A stretch of 64,000 bases of DNA from Candidatus Woesearchaeota archaeon (GCA_023898345.1 CP060218.1:1087926-1151925), one strand, 5' to 3'; positions 1 to 9,445 are shown, counted from the stretch's first letter. Translations and numbers: made by a program. Notes: generated by a model not told the origin, from the sequence alone.

Positions 1-156
1 TACTTTTCTCGAAATTATGAAAGGTATTTGCTTCTTGACTTGCAAGAACTTTTTTATATTCAGTTCTTATTTCACTATTTTCAAAAATCTTTTCTCTTAA
101 ACTTTCTCTTAGAAGTTCTTGGATATTCATATATCCCTTTTTTTCTACATATTCCA
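1..156 (-). CDS. Partial hypothetical protein running off the window edge; N-terminus reads MEYVEKKGYMNIQELLRESLREKIFENSEIRTEYKK
   Basis: Manual translation of the minus strand gives an ATG at 156..154 and an open frame to position 1. No family recognised. Confidence 0.3.
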
Positions 157-270
157 TAGCTAATTCATAAAAACTATCTTGAAATTTCAAATTAACTTGG
201 GTTACCATAGGGTAGAGAATACTTGAGGATATTTAAAAATATCTTTTGGTTAAACCATAGTTAAAAAAAA

Positions 271-591
271 TTATGATGATGTCACAGGTGTTGCACAGCA
301 AACTTGCCCATCTGGAACACTTGCCGTTGAAATTCTCTTTTCTCCTTCTGAACAACCCGTGGTCTTAGCTGTTATTCTGGCGCTCGTGTACTGATCTTCT
401 GGAAGAACAAAGGTTCCAATTTTACATCCTCGAAAATCGTCGTTGGTGTTTGTAATGGTAGTTCCGGCGTCTGCTGTTCTTGTCGTGAAAAAAACCACAA
501 TAACTACAAGCACAATGATTACTAAAAGTGCTATAACGATAGTGTTCAAAGGGAGACTCTGAGCCTTATTCTGTTTTTGATTCATAACCAT
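271..591 (-). CDS. Small secreted or membrane-anchored Cys-containing protein with an N-terminal hydrophobic, class III-like signal (paralog A)
   Basis: Basic N-terminus MVMNQKQNKAQS followed by an ~22-residue hydrophobic stretch, and 4 Cys in the mature part. The N-terminal 30 aa and the promoter are duplicated at 666..1026. Confidence 0.5.
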   Translation of the reverse strand: MVMNQKQNKAQSLPLNTIVIALLVIIVLVVIVVFFTTRTADAGTTITNTNDDFRGCKIGTFVLPEDQYTSARITAKTTGCSEGEKRISTASVPDGQVCCATPVTSS

Positions 592-665
592 GAGATTTTT
601 GAGAAAAAAGTATTTTATAAAAATTTGTCATCACAGATAGGAGAAACTTCTTCTAGGAGTTGGAC

Positions 666-977
666 TTACTTAATTGCACAACATAGCTTTTTGTTGTCCT
701 TTCCTTCAACACTTAAGAAGATATCACCATTGACAGCATCGCACTCTTCCTTTGTGTCAACACCTATAGTTCTGGCATACTCCTCAGAAATTGCTGTCGA
801 TCCAGGTTCACATGAAAGACTCCCTTCCCGAACATTGTTAAAATCCCCTCCCGATTTATTCATCTTACTTACAAAAAAAGTAATAATCAGAACTAAGGCA
901 ATTATCACAAGAAGAGCTATAACGATAGTGTTCAAAGGGAGACCCTGAGCCTTATTCTGTTTTTGATTCATAACCAT
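666..977 (-). CDS. Small secreted or membrane-anchored Cys-containing protein (paralog B of 271..591)
   Basis: N-terminus nearly identical to paralog A (MVMNQKQNKAQGLPLNTIVIALLVII) with a diverged C-terminal domain. It shares a 110-bp identical upstream and N-terminal block. Confidence 0.5.
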   Translation of the reverse strand: MVMNQKQNKAQGLPLNTIVIALLVIIALVLIITFFVSKMNKSGGDFNNVREGSLSCEPGSTAISEEYARTIGVDTKEECDAVNGDIFLSVEGKDNKKLCCAIK

Positions 978-1026
978 GAGATTTTTGAGAAAAAAGTATT
1001 TTATAAAAATTTGTCATCACAGATAG
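916..1026. repeat. Tandem duplicate (1 mismatch in ~110 bp) of 530..640; spans the TATA-like promoter, start codon and signal peptide of the paralogous secreted proteins
   Basis: Direct comparison of 530..640 with 916..1026. On the minus strand the block reads ...tttttataaaatactttttt ... ATGgttatgaatcaaaaacagaataaggctcag. Confidence 0.85.
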
Positions 1027-1044
1027 GAGAAACTTTTGTTCTAC

Positions 1045-2775
1045 CTATTCTTCAGAATCTAAGTCGCGCTGCCCAAAGGGCTTGAACTCGCGACCGCCGC
1101 CAGAGTAAAACTTTGTGAAAAATTCTACATAATGCAGACGTAGTGTGTGAAGGAAGGACTCAAAATTTCCAAGAACAATGTTGAACACGTGTCCGACAAC
1201 AAAGAGAAGAACTCCTCCTAAAGCGGGTAGGAGTCCTGCTTCAAATAAGGGGATGGAAAACTCGTTCACCATGATTGCAATAACAATTGAGGAAAAGCCA
1301 ACTGCCATGAGACGTGCGTAGGAGAGAATGTTTGAAAAAATGGAAGGAAGTTCTATGAGGCCGACAAAGCCGTGTCCAATAAAGATGAGAACAACTGCTA
1401 AAAGAACTGTCGCTAGTCCTGCGTAGAAAAGTCCTGAACTTTCCCCTATAGAACCAAGGATTGCTAATGCTACTCCGAGTTGTAATATAATCCACGATAA
1501 TTTGTCGCAAATTGCGTGTTTTAGATGATGGCGTGTGTTGTAAAAACCTATGAGTAATCCCATGTTGATGTGCACAACTCCAAATCCAACTGCTATGAGT
1601 AAGAGTGCCATAACATTTTCTGTTCTTGAAAAAATATGGTAGGGTTCAAAACCAAAGTATTCTCCGTATATGATTCCAAAAAGAATGGAACTTAGTGCGG
1701 AGAGTTGTAAAATGCTGAGGAAGTCTTTGAGATTCTTGTATTTGAGTTTTGCTAGAGAAAAGGCAAAAAGGGAAACTAGTCCGTAACCTACATCTCCGAG
1801 AACAAATCCGAAGAAGAGTGGAAAAATCAAAAACATAATGAAGGAAGGATCGAATTCTCCATACTTTGGCAGGGAGTACATTTTGAGAAGAGTCTCAAAT
1901 TTGTCGGCACCTGTGATATTTTGAAGAAGTGATGGTGCATCCTTTGCCGGCTCTGCTTCCATTTCAAAGCTATCTGCAAGTTCTCGTTCTAAGTTTGAAC
2001 GTAGTTTTTTTACGAGAGCATTTGGGATGTACCCATTGAGAACGGTGATGTTTTTGCTTGCGATCAAATGATTTTTAGCTTCTTCTGAACTTACTTGCTT
2101 ACTTAACTTTAGTTCTTTTCTTTGTAGGTGGCGAAGATTTTCATTTGCTAATTCCTTCAGTTCCGCAAAGAGTGTTTTTTTGAGAGCTCTCTCTTTTGCC
2201 AATTTTTGTTCGAGATGAGCATCAACTTTTTGTGGAAGATAAAATGGCGTGAAGTGAAGTGGGATATCTTTTGAATAAGCTATGAAATACAGTCTTTCGT
2301 CAAAGGTTGTACTTCTGTACCTGATCCCTGCTTTGTCGAGCACTTTTAGATCTAGAGGAGATTTGCTGTGAAGAAAACCTATACTGATTTTTGGATCTTT
2401 CAAGTCTTTTTCTTTTATGTTGAGTCCTTTTATGACTGCTTTTCTTCGCTTTGCATCTTCAATGAAGAGAAGTTCTTTTGATATCTTTGAGTACTGACTT
2501 TCTAGCTCAAATGTTTTCTTCATGACTTGTTCTTCTTCTTCTTTTCCTGAAACTTCTTTTGTGAAAAATGGCTTGAGAAGGGTAATTGTTGAACGCAGTT
2601 TGAGAAGATCCCCTGAATCTTTTTCGTGCTCCTCAGCTCCGACTTGCTCAAATTTGGCGTTCTTGACACTAAAGAATTCCATGAGTTTTAGGTCGTAGAG
2701 CATACTCAAAACTTTGTTCATATCGTTTTTGAGGACAAAAATTCTCACTTTAGACATGCTAACTGGCTTAAACAC
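1045..2775 (-). CDS. atpI: A/V-type ATP synthase subunit I (membrane a-subunit)
   Basis: 576 aa. N-terminal MSKVRIFVLKNDMNKVLSMLYDLKLMEFF, multiple C-terminal TM helices, and a terminal ...TLRLHYVEFFTKFYSGGG motif typical of subunit I/a. It overlaps the upstream H subunit gene by 8 nt. Confidence 0.9.
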   Translation of the reverse strand: MFKPVSMSKVRIFVLKNDMNKVLSMLYDLKLMEFFSVKNAKFEQVGAEEHEKDSGDLLKLRSTITLLKPFFTKEVSGKEEEEQVMKKTFELESQYSKISKELLFIEDAKRRKAVIKGLNIKEKDLKDPKISIGFLHSKSPLDLKVLDKAGIRYRSTTFDERLYFIAYSKDIPLHFTPFYLPQKVDAHLEQKLAKERALKKTLFAELKELANENLRHLQRKELKLSKQVSSEEAKNHLIASKNITVLNGYIPNALVKKLRSNLERELADSFEMEAEPAKDAPSLLQNITGADKFETLLKMYSLPKYGEFDPSFIMFLIFPLFFGFVLGDVGYGLVSLFAFSLAKLKYKNLKDFLSILQLSALSSILFGIIYGEYFGFEPYHIFSRTENVMALLLIAVGFGVVHINMGLLIGFYNTRHHLKHAICDKLSWIILQLGVALAILGSIGESSGLFYAGLATVLLAVVLIFIGHGFVGLIELPSIFSNILSYARLMAVGFSSIVIAIMVNEFSIPLFEAGLLPALGGVLLFVVGHVFNIVLGNFESFLHTLRLHYVEFFTKFYSGGGREFKPFGQRDLDSEE

Positions 2776-3070
2776 GTTCTATTTCCTCCATCACAAAGTC
2801 TAGTGCTTTTTCTGTCGGCGCTGAGGTTGCAAGTTTTTTGACTTCTTCTTCTGCTGCTTCTTGTATGTCTTTTGCTTTTTTCTTAGCCTCGTCTTTTTTC
2901 TTCTGAGCTTCTGCCTCAACTTTTTCTGAAATCATTTTTTGAGCTGCTTTTTCCTGCTCTTCAATATCTTTTTGCGCTTTTTCTATTCTCGTTTGCGCCT
3001 TGCTTTGCGCTTTAGAAATAATCGTCTGTGCTTCTTCTTCGAGTCTGATAACTTTTTCAAGAGAACTCAT
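2768..3070 (-). CDS. atpH: A/V-type ATP synthase subunit H (small coiled-coil stalk subunit)
   Basis: 100 aa with a highly charged E/K/A/Q-rich coiled coil, lying immediately upstream of and overlapping atpI as in archaeal ahaH-ahaI operons. Confidence 0.7.
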   Translation of the reverse strand: MSSLEKVIRLEEEAQTIISKAQSKAQTRIEKAQKDIEEQEKAAQKMISEKVEAEAQKKKDEAKKKAKDIQEAAEEEVKKLATSAPTEKALDFVMEEIERV

Positions 3071-3138
3071 AATAACTTCTCAAGAACTGGAAGAACTTTA
3101 TAAAACTTTTCAGCAGCTCTTTGCAAACTTTCAAAATT

Positions 3139-4137
3139 TCATTTTTTTATGGCTTCTGGTGGGCGAGGATATTTGTAAATGTCTTCAAAAAAAATGGAGA
3201 AGTCAAAGGAACGAATGCTTTTTGAAAACTCTGCTCGCAATTCACTCATTGTCTGTTCAAGCTCTTGGATTGTCGATGCTGAAAAATTAATGGTCATATT
3301 CCATTTTCCTAGGGTCTCAAAGAAGGTCGTTACATTATTTTTTTCTAAAATTTTTTCTTTGAGTTTTGGCAATTTTGCAGGCTCGACAGTGAAAAAAGCA
3401 AGACACCATATTTTATTGAAATGATTTGCATTGAAGACTATGGAATATCCTGTGATGAGTTCCATTTCCTCTAGGCGCTTTATTCTGTACCGCAATGACT
3501 CTGGACTGAGATTACAGGCTTGGCTTATTGCTGCATACGTTCCTCTAGGATTGTTCCCTAGGACGTAGAGCAGATTTTTGTCGTTGGCGTCAAGAACCAT
3601 TTTCTCTTCTTTCTTTGTTTTCTTTGGTGTTTTTTCAAAGGATTTTACTTCAATTTTGTCTGAAAATAAATTTTGAAGGTACTTTTGTGGGGCTGCTTTT
3701 ATTTTTTCAACTGTGTAGAGTGAATCTATTTCTTCTATAATACTAACTTGTGAACTTATGTCTCGTATAATTTTCGTAATTTGAACGGGGTTTTGTACCA
3801 TGACATTTACTTTGAGATCGTAGCGTCCAAAGGATTTTCCTATCCAATTTGTGTTTGGATGCCTTTCGAGAAAGGAAATAAGTTTTTCTATCTGTTCTGT
3901 ATCAATGTAGGAGAAACGGATAAGAATGTGATATTCATGAAATCCTAACTTTGCATAATTTATCCCTAAAGAAAATCCTCTAATGAGTTTTTCTGTGCTG
4001 AACTCCTCAATTTTTTTTCCTATGGTCTCTTTTGAAATTCCCAAGGATTTTGCTAGTTGACGGTTACTTTTACGTGAATTTTCATAAAGTGCGAGAAGAA
4101 GAGCTATGTCTTTTTGTCTTAATTGTTTGTAGTCCAT
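3139..4137 (-). CDS. Tandem-domain Lrp/AsnC-family transcriptional regulator (two HTH_AsnC plus ligand-domain repeats)
   Basis: Two AsnC-type HTH segments: LDYKQLRQKDIALLLALYENSRKSNRQLAKSLGISKETIGKKIEEF and LDANDKNLLYVLGNNPRGTYAAISQACNLSPESLRYRIKRLEE. Length 332 aa. Confidence 0.8.
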   Translation of the reverse strand: MDYKQLRQKDIALLLALYENSRKSNRQLAKSLGISKETIGKKIEEFSTEKLIRGFSLGINYAKLGFHEYHILIRFSYIDTEQIEKLISFLERHPNTNWIGKSFGRYDLKVNVMVQNPVQITKIIRDISSQVSIIEEIDSLYTVEKIKAAPQKYLQNLFSDKIEVKSFEKTPKKTKKEEKMVLDANDKNLLYVLGNNPRGTYAAISQACNLSPESLRYRIKRLEEMELITGYSIVFNANHFNKIWCLAFFTVEPAKLPKLKEKILEKNNVTTFFETLGKWNMTINFSASTIQELEQTMSELRAEFSKSIRSFDFSIFFEDIYKYPRPPEAIKK

Positions 4138-4236
4138 GCAAGACAGATTTGAATTTTTCTATATAAAATTTTGCTTTGTCTTCTTTTTTTTAAAGTCACT
4201 TTTAAATAGTATCAGTTCTTCGCTCTTTTTATTACG

Positions 4237-5577
4237 ATGGTAAATATTACGATAGTTGGTACGGGCTATGTTGGGCTTGTAACGGGAACTTGCCTTGCTG
4301 AGGCGGGCCATAAGGTCATTTGTTCTGATGTTTCAGAAAAGAAAATTGCTATGCTAAAAGCCGGAGAAATTCCGATTTATGAACCTGGACTTAAGGAACT
4401 TGTTGAAAAAAATGTTAAGCTGGGAAAGCTTTCTTTTACGACGGATGTTGCTGCTGCTGTTCGAGCAAATGATGTTGTCTTTAGTGCTGTTGGTACGCCG
4501 CCAGACAAAGACCACAAGGCAGATCTTCAGTTTGTACGCGCTGTTGCTAAAACTTTTGCAGAAAATCTTACTGGTTTCAAGGTTTTTGTGAACAAATCCA
4601 CTGTTCCTGTCGGTACTGCTGACATGGTAAGCAAGGTCATTAGCGAAATAACTGAAAAGGAGTTTGCTGTTGCCTCTAATCCTGAGTTCCTTCGTGAGGG
4701 TTGTGCTGTTGAAGACTTTATGGAACCTGATAGGATTGTTATTGGAACAGAAAAGGAAAAAGCTCGGGAACTGATGAAACAGGTTTATGCTCCTTTTGAA
4801 AAAAAAGGTTACCCTATTGTGTTTACGGACATTAAGAGTGCTGAACTTATCAAATATGCTTCAAACTCTTTTATTGCGACAAAGATTTCTTTCATTAATG
4901 AGATTGCAAATTTTTGTGAGCTTGTTGGCGCTGACGTCAAGGCTGTTGCAAAGGGAATGGGATATGACGAAAGAATTGGTTCAAAGTACCTTCACGCTGG
5001 TGTCGGCTACGGCGGTTCTTGCTTTCCGAAGGATGTTAAGGCATTGATTGAAAGTGGAAAGGAAAACTCATTTCCTTTTAGAATCTTGGAATCTGTTGAG
5101 GAAGTTAACGAGCACCAGAAAGGACTTGGTGTTGACAAACTTAAAGCTAAACTTGGTTCTTTGGAAGGAAAAAGAATTGCTGTTTGGGGTCTTGCTTTCA
5201 AGAATAAAACGGATGATATCCGTGAGTCTCCTGCTCTGACGGCTATTGCGAGACTTTTGGAAGAGAAGGCTGATGTTGTTGCTTTTGACTTTGCTGCTAT
5301 GGACAATGTTAAGGAACAGCACCCTGAATTTTCTATTGAGTATGCTTCTGAAATGTACGAGGCTGCCAAGGGGGCTGAGGCTCTTCTTGTTATGACGGAC
5401 TGGCAGGAGTTCCGTTTCCCTGATTATGCAAAGCTCAAGGAAGTTATGTCTGGAAATGTGCTTGTTGATGGAAAGAACTGTATGGATCTTTTCGAAGCTA
5501 AGGAAGCTGGCTTTGACGTGCAGGGCTTTGGACAGAAGCTTTCTGAAAAGCCAATGCTTGAGGTAATTGTTCGATAA
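4237..5577 (+). CDS. ugd: UDP-glucose 6-dehydrogenase / nucleotide-sugar dehydrogenase
   Basis: N-terminal Rossmann motif IVGTGYVGL and the catalytic GGSCFPKD motif. Length 446 aa. Confidence 0.9.
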   Translation: MVNITIVGTGYVGLVTGTCLAEAGHKVICSDVSEKKIAMLKAGEIPIYEPGLKELVEKNVKLGKLSFTTDVAAAVRANDVVFSAVGTPPDKDHKADLQFVRAVAKTFAENLTGFKVFVNKSTVPVGTADMVSKVISEITEKEFAVASNPEFLREGCAVEDFMEPDRIVIGTEKEKARELMKQVYAPFEKKGYPIVFTDIKSAELIKYASNSFIATKISFINEIANFCELVGADVKAVAKGMGYDERIGSKYLHAGVGYGGSCFPKDVKALIESGKENSFPFRILESVEEVNEHQKGLGVDKLKAKLGSLEGKRIAVWGLAFKNKTDDIRESPALTAIARLLEEKADVVAFDFAAMDNVKEQHPEFSIEYASEMYEAAKGAEALLVMTDWQEFRFPDYAKLKEVMSGNVLVDGKNCMDLFEAKEAGFDVQGFGQKLSEKPMLEVIVR

Positions 5578-5662
5578 TTTTTTTGAAAGATTATCATCCT
5601 TTTTATTGTAAGTCTGAGGTAAACCTATAAAGTTATTACCATTCTTTTCTTTTCCTAGAAAA

Positions 5663-6481
5663 ATGGATGAAAACTTTTTTTACTTAAGACCTTCTCTTGA
5701 GATACGTCCTTCTTCTGAAAGAATTGATCCTCTTCAGCAAAAAGACTGTCTCACTCCTCACATTGTACGGGAATATGAACAATTGCTTTCACAAAGATCT
5801 CCTTCTTTGGAAACTTTTTCTGTAGTTTATGTGAAAAATCCTTCTCTTCAGGAAGACGGCAAACTAAAAGGAACGTTTGTTGAAGGACCTCCCCTTTGGC
5901 GGCGTGCAACAGAAGAAGCTCTTCGAAAGAAAACACTTTCCTATGGACAGGTAGATTTTTTTGGTATTGATGCCTTTGTTGTTGTTCTTTGTGAACTTTC
6001 CAATAAGCCACCTTTTTTGTTCTCTCAATTGCAAACTAACGAAAAGGGAGAGCTTAATACTTCTATAACATATGCTCAGGGCAGTGTTTCTTTAGGTCTT
6101 TCAGACTGGTCGTTCTCCAAAGCATTTACTTCTCTGTTAAAGGAAAAAGCTTATGATGAGAGCACTACCCAGTTACTTCTGCCAAAGGAAACTAGGATTT
6201 TATCTCCTGATTATTGCATTTCAACTTCGTCTGCGCTTTCTTTTGGTCTCGTGAGGAAGATTACTTCTCAGGAAGATTTTGAGAACTTGCTGACTGCTTC
6301 TCTTTGGGGTGAAGCATTTAGACAAACTAGTTTCTCTTTTCTTTCTTTAGGAGGTGAAAACAACTTTTTTCTTTTGAAAAATGGAAGAGGCGCATACCGG
6401 CGTCAGTCTTTTCAACTTACTGATTATCCTCTTTCATCTATTGAAGCAAAAATTTTTGAGAACCTGCGGCAAAATTTTTAA
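5663..6481 (+). CDS. Hypothetical protein
   Basis: 272-aa ORF with normal composition and an ATG start. No recognisable motif. Confidence 0.5.
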   Translation: MDENFFYLRPSLEIRPSSERIDPLQQKDCLTPHIVREYEQLLSQRSPSLETFSVVYVKNPSLQEDGKLKGTFVEGPPLWRRATEEALRKKTLSYGQVDFFGIDAFVVVLCELSNKPPFLFSQLQTNEKGELNTSITYAQGSVSLGLSDWSFSKAFTSLLKEKAYDESTTQLLLPKETRILSPDYCISTSSALSFGLVRKITSQEDFENLLTASLWGEAFRQTSFSFLSLGGENNFFLLKNGRGAYRRQSFQLTDYPLSSIEAKIFENLRQNF

Positions 6482-6505
6482 ATTAATAGTTGCTTCTTTT
6501 GAGGA

Positions 6506-7108
6506 ATGACAGAGCTTACACTTTCTCTTCTGGAAAGGGATTCCCCCATCTCCAATATGTCTGAGATTAAAAGAACTTCTACTCTTCTTATTAACCTTGA
6601 TACTTGCGTTTCTCTGACTCCCATTTGTGAAAAAGATGGAAAACTCTGCATATTGTCCAAAATTGAATGGGGTGAAGATAGGGCATTCAAAAACCAGGGA
6701 GTATTTGTATGCGGACCTTTACTCCCTAGTTTAAATGGAAATAATACTCCCTATCTCTCACTTTCTTCTATCATAGAAGAAGTTGCAGAAGAATATATAG
6801 GTATTCTCTTGCCCAAAGATGAGTCCCCCCATTATGTTATAACAAGTCCTAACTCAAAAAAAGATTTTGGATATTTTGTTAAAATACCTTCTGAAGATTT
6901 AGAAAGGGTTCTCTTCTCATCCCTTTTGCGTCAAGATTTTGGAATTGCTGGTTATTCTCTTCTTCCCATACAAGAAAACTCAGGTGGATACTCAATTTTC
7001 CCAGATTATTTTGAAAAACGAATTGGGCACTTTTATCCTCTTTCTGACAAAGCCATACTTATTGTTCAAACGCTTAGAAGAAATTCTTTTTTCGTAAGTA
7101 GCTTGTAA
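6506..7108 (+). CDS. Hypothetical protein
   Basis: 200-aa ORF immediately downstream of 5663..6481 on the same strand, likely co-transcribed. Confidence 0.45.
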   Translation: MTELTLSLLERDSPISNMSEIKRTSTLLINLDTCVSLTPICEKDGKLCILSKIEWGEDRAFKNQGVFVCGPLLPSLNGNNTPYLSLSSIIEEVAEEYIGILLPKDESPHYVITSPNSKKDFGYFVKIPSEDLERVLFSSLLRQDFGIAGYSLLPIQENSGGYSIFPDYFEKRIGHFYPLSDKAILIVQTLRRNSFFVSSL

Positions 7109-7128
7109 CTAAACTTAAAAAAAAAAAC

Positions 7129-8151
7129 TTATTTTTCATACACCACTTCTGGGAGTTGCGGGTACTTGTATGTTTCAAAGAGCAAGAGCATTTCGTAATC
7201 TATGATTGCTTCGGGAAATGTGTTGCGAAAGGACATAAGTGTGTTGTGAATTTCTTGGACGTCGGATGCAAAAATACTTACTGAAAAATTCCAAGCGCCA
7301 AAAAGCTTGACAAAGGAAGTAACATTGTCGATGCTTGCAATAAAGGAAATCATTTCTTTCATTTGATTTTTTCGTAATTTGAATAAAAAAACAGCTTGCA
7401 TTTTGCCAAGGAGAGATGCGTTGGCAATTGCGGAATATGAGCGAATAACCCCTTTTTTTTCTAGGTCCTTCATTTTGTATTTGACAGCTTCGGCAGTTAT
7501 TCCAATTTTGGCAGCGCAGTGTACGAGACTTGCTCTTGGATCTATACTGAGGATAGAAAGAAGAGTTTTGTCTTTGTCGTCAAGCTCGATTGCTTGGCCA
7601 TGCTCAATAAAATTGTGGAGATGTGGATTTTCTCCCCCACTTCCTTTGGCGCTGAGCTTGAGAATCGTTGCTTTGTCAAGATCCAGAAGTTTTGAAAGAA
7701 GGGATGTTTGTGAGGTCTTGTATTTTTCGGTTAATTGAACTATCTCATAGCGCTCTATGTACGCTGCCTGTTTGATTTCAAGTTGTTCAATGAAGTCGGC
7801 AAAATCTTCTCGCTTTGCACTAATCAAGGAAAGTCTGAGATCATATTTTCCAAAACAACTTGCAACCCAACTCACTAATTTGTTTGCACACAACTCTTTT
7901 ATTATCTTTGAAAGATCTTTTTCAGAATAATTTTTGAGTCGTATGTATACATCATATTCTTCATAACCAAGTAGGGCATAATTAATGCCTAATTTGAATC
8001 CTTTGATGAATTGCTTTGTGAGTAGTTTGTTTATTCGAGAATTAGCAGTTTCCCCTGAAATGTGCAGTGTCTTACCTATTGTATTATTGGGGAGACGGGC
8101 ATTGCTACTCAAAAGAGTAATGATTTTCATGTCTCGCTTGTCAAGGACCAT
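7129..8151 (-). CDS. Tandem-domain Lrp/AsnC-family transcriptional regulator (paralog of 3139..4137)
   Basis: Two AsnC-type HTH segments: MKIITLLSSNARLPNNTIGKTLHISGETANSRINKLL and LDDKDKTLLSILSIDPRASLVHCAAKIGITAEAVKYKMKDLEKKG. Length 340 aa. Confidence 0.8.
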   Translation of the reverse strand: MVLDKRDMKIITLLSSNARLPNNTIGKTLHISGETANSRINKLLTKQFIKGFKLGINYALLGYEEYDVYIRLKNYSEKDLSKIIKELCANKLVSWVASCFGKYDLRLSLISAKREDFADFIEQLEIKQAAYIERYEIVQLTEKYKTSQTSLLSKLLDLDKATILKLSAKGSGGENPHLHNFIEHGQAIELDDKDKTLLSILSIDPRASLVHCAAKIGITAEAVKYKMKDLEKKGVIRSYSAIANASLLGKMQAVFLFKLRKNQMKEMISFIASIDNVTSFVKLFGAWNFSVSIFASDVQEIHNTLMSFRNTFPEAIIDYEMLLLFETYKYPQLPEVVYEK

Positions 8152-8281
8152 GGTAGGTGAAATTAAACTTTCTTTTTATGCTTTTTGGCCATTTTTTAGA
8201 CTTTTTCAAATCTTTTTCAACTTTTTTTTTGTTTTTAAGGAGTTTAATGACTCGAAATGAAAGAATATAGTCGTCTACAAA

Positions 8282-8348
8282 ATAAAGAAATCGCTAAGAT
8301 ATGGCCATCCCAATCGGAGTAAAGCTTCGGGGTGGGCATGCTAAGGAA
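8282..8348 (+). repeat. Divergent copy of dispersed repeat family REP-A
   Basis: aataaagaaatcgctaagatatggccatcccaatcggagtaaagcttcggggtgggcatgctaaggaag aligns to the REP-A consensus. Confidence 0.6.
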
Positions 8349-8440
8349 GTACTTCTTTTTGTCTCCTCTCTCTCGCTCTTGCTTTCCTCAAAAGATAAAA
8401 TCCCCTAAACTCGCCAAATGTGAGGCTTTCTTGTTTTCGA

Positions 8441-9445
8441 CTATTTGACTGCGTACAAAGAAATTTTTCCTTTTTGGCGTTTTTGCAGAGCTGTGATGAG
8501 TCTTCCAAAATACCTTTTTTCATAGCAAATCACAGCAACCTTATCTTTGGTCTTTTCCATTTCTTCAAGGGTCCTTTGTGCAACATATTCTGTTCTGTCT
8601 TCAATGACTTTGTCGAGATGGGAACGCAAGGTATAGTAAAAATCTTTTCTTGGTAGATGAAAAAAATGCTGAAATTCTTCTTTGATTTCGCGGCAAAGTT
8701 CTTCGTCAGCGTTTCCGTCCAGAAAATCAAGATAAAAGGCATAGAATTTTTCCAGATTGATGCGGTTGTGTGAAAAATTACGGAAGAGAATACTGCTTGA
8801 TTTTTTTGTGTTGAGAATGTTTGTGTTTTGTGTTTTTGTTTCTTTGTTTCTTTTTTCTAAACACTCTTCTTTTACTTTGGTACAATATTCAAGACCAAAT
8901 TCACGCACAAAGAGATCTTCTTCGTAGAAGAGCTGAAAGAGAGTGAGTTTAATATGCTCTGAGTAAGAGGACAGGTGTGTTATTCCAAGGAGATTAAGAT
9001 TTTTGAACTGCGAGAGAAAATGGGCAAGTTTTGATTGATTTGTAAAGGAACGTGTATAATTTTCACCTCTTTCGTTGTCCATGCCAACAAAATGAATGTG
9101 ACAATCAAGAAGTAGAATTCTGAGTTGGTGCTTTATCTTTTTGAACTCTCCTGCTTTTAGAGGAAGTAAGATTATTGTTGGAGCGCCAAGTTCGTGTTGC
9201 TGTCTGGAAGGATGGTACTTTGGACTTGGCTGTAGGCTTGAAAGAGAAGAGAGTGTTGCAAAGAGTTTTTGCGTAGGATATGAAAAGGAAACCTTATTTC
9301 TGGTATGAGAAATCCTAACACTTTTTTGCGGAACTGCTTGGTGAAGGTGAACTGAAACAAAATGGATGAACTCTCGTAGCATCTTCATATGGAATTTTGG
9401 GAATTCTTTTAAATGTTTCTTCTTTGAGGTTATTGTGCACCGCAA
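8441..9445 (-). CDS. Hypothetical protein; possible metal-dependent hydrolase (LLLDCHIHFVG motif); start uncertain
   Basis: 334-aa ORF. The HxH-type motif is reminiscent of amidohydrolase/PHP folds but sits ~110 aa from the annotated N-terminus. Confidence 0.4.
   Translation of the reverse strand: MRCTITSKKKHLKEFPKFHMKMLREFIHFVSVHLHQAVPQKSVRISHTRNKVSFSYPTQKLFATLSSLSSLQPSPKYHPSRQQHELGAPTIILLPLKAGEFKKIKHQLRILLLDCHIHFVGMDNERGENYTRSFTNQSKLAHFLSQFKNLNLLGITHLSSYSEHIKLTLFQLFYEEDLFVREFGLEYCTKVKEECLEKRNKETKTQNTNILNTKKSSSILFRNFSHNRINLEKFYAFYLDFLDGNADEELCREIKEEFQHFFHLPRKDFYYTLRSHLDKVIEDRTEYVAQRTLEEMEKTKDKVAVICYEKRYFGRLITALQKRQKGKISLYAVK

Noticed and set aside
1241-1510. Numerous 60-120-aa ORFs antisense to or out of frame within large genes (e.g. 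1241..1510, 3000..3290, 4379..4591, 5007..5369, 18193..18526, 19836..20315, 47789..50365)
   Set aside because: They lie within or antisense to well-supported long CDSs, have biased composition and no motifs; shadow ORFs.
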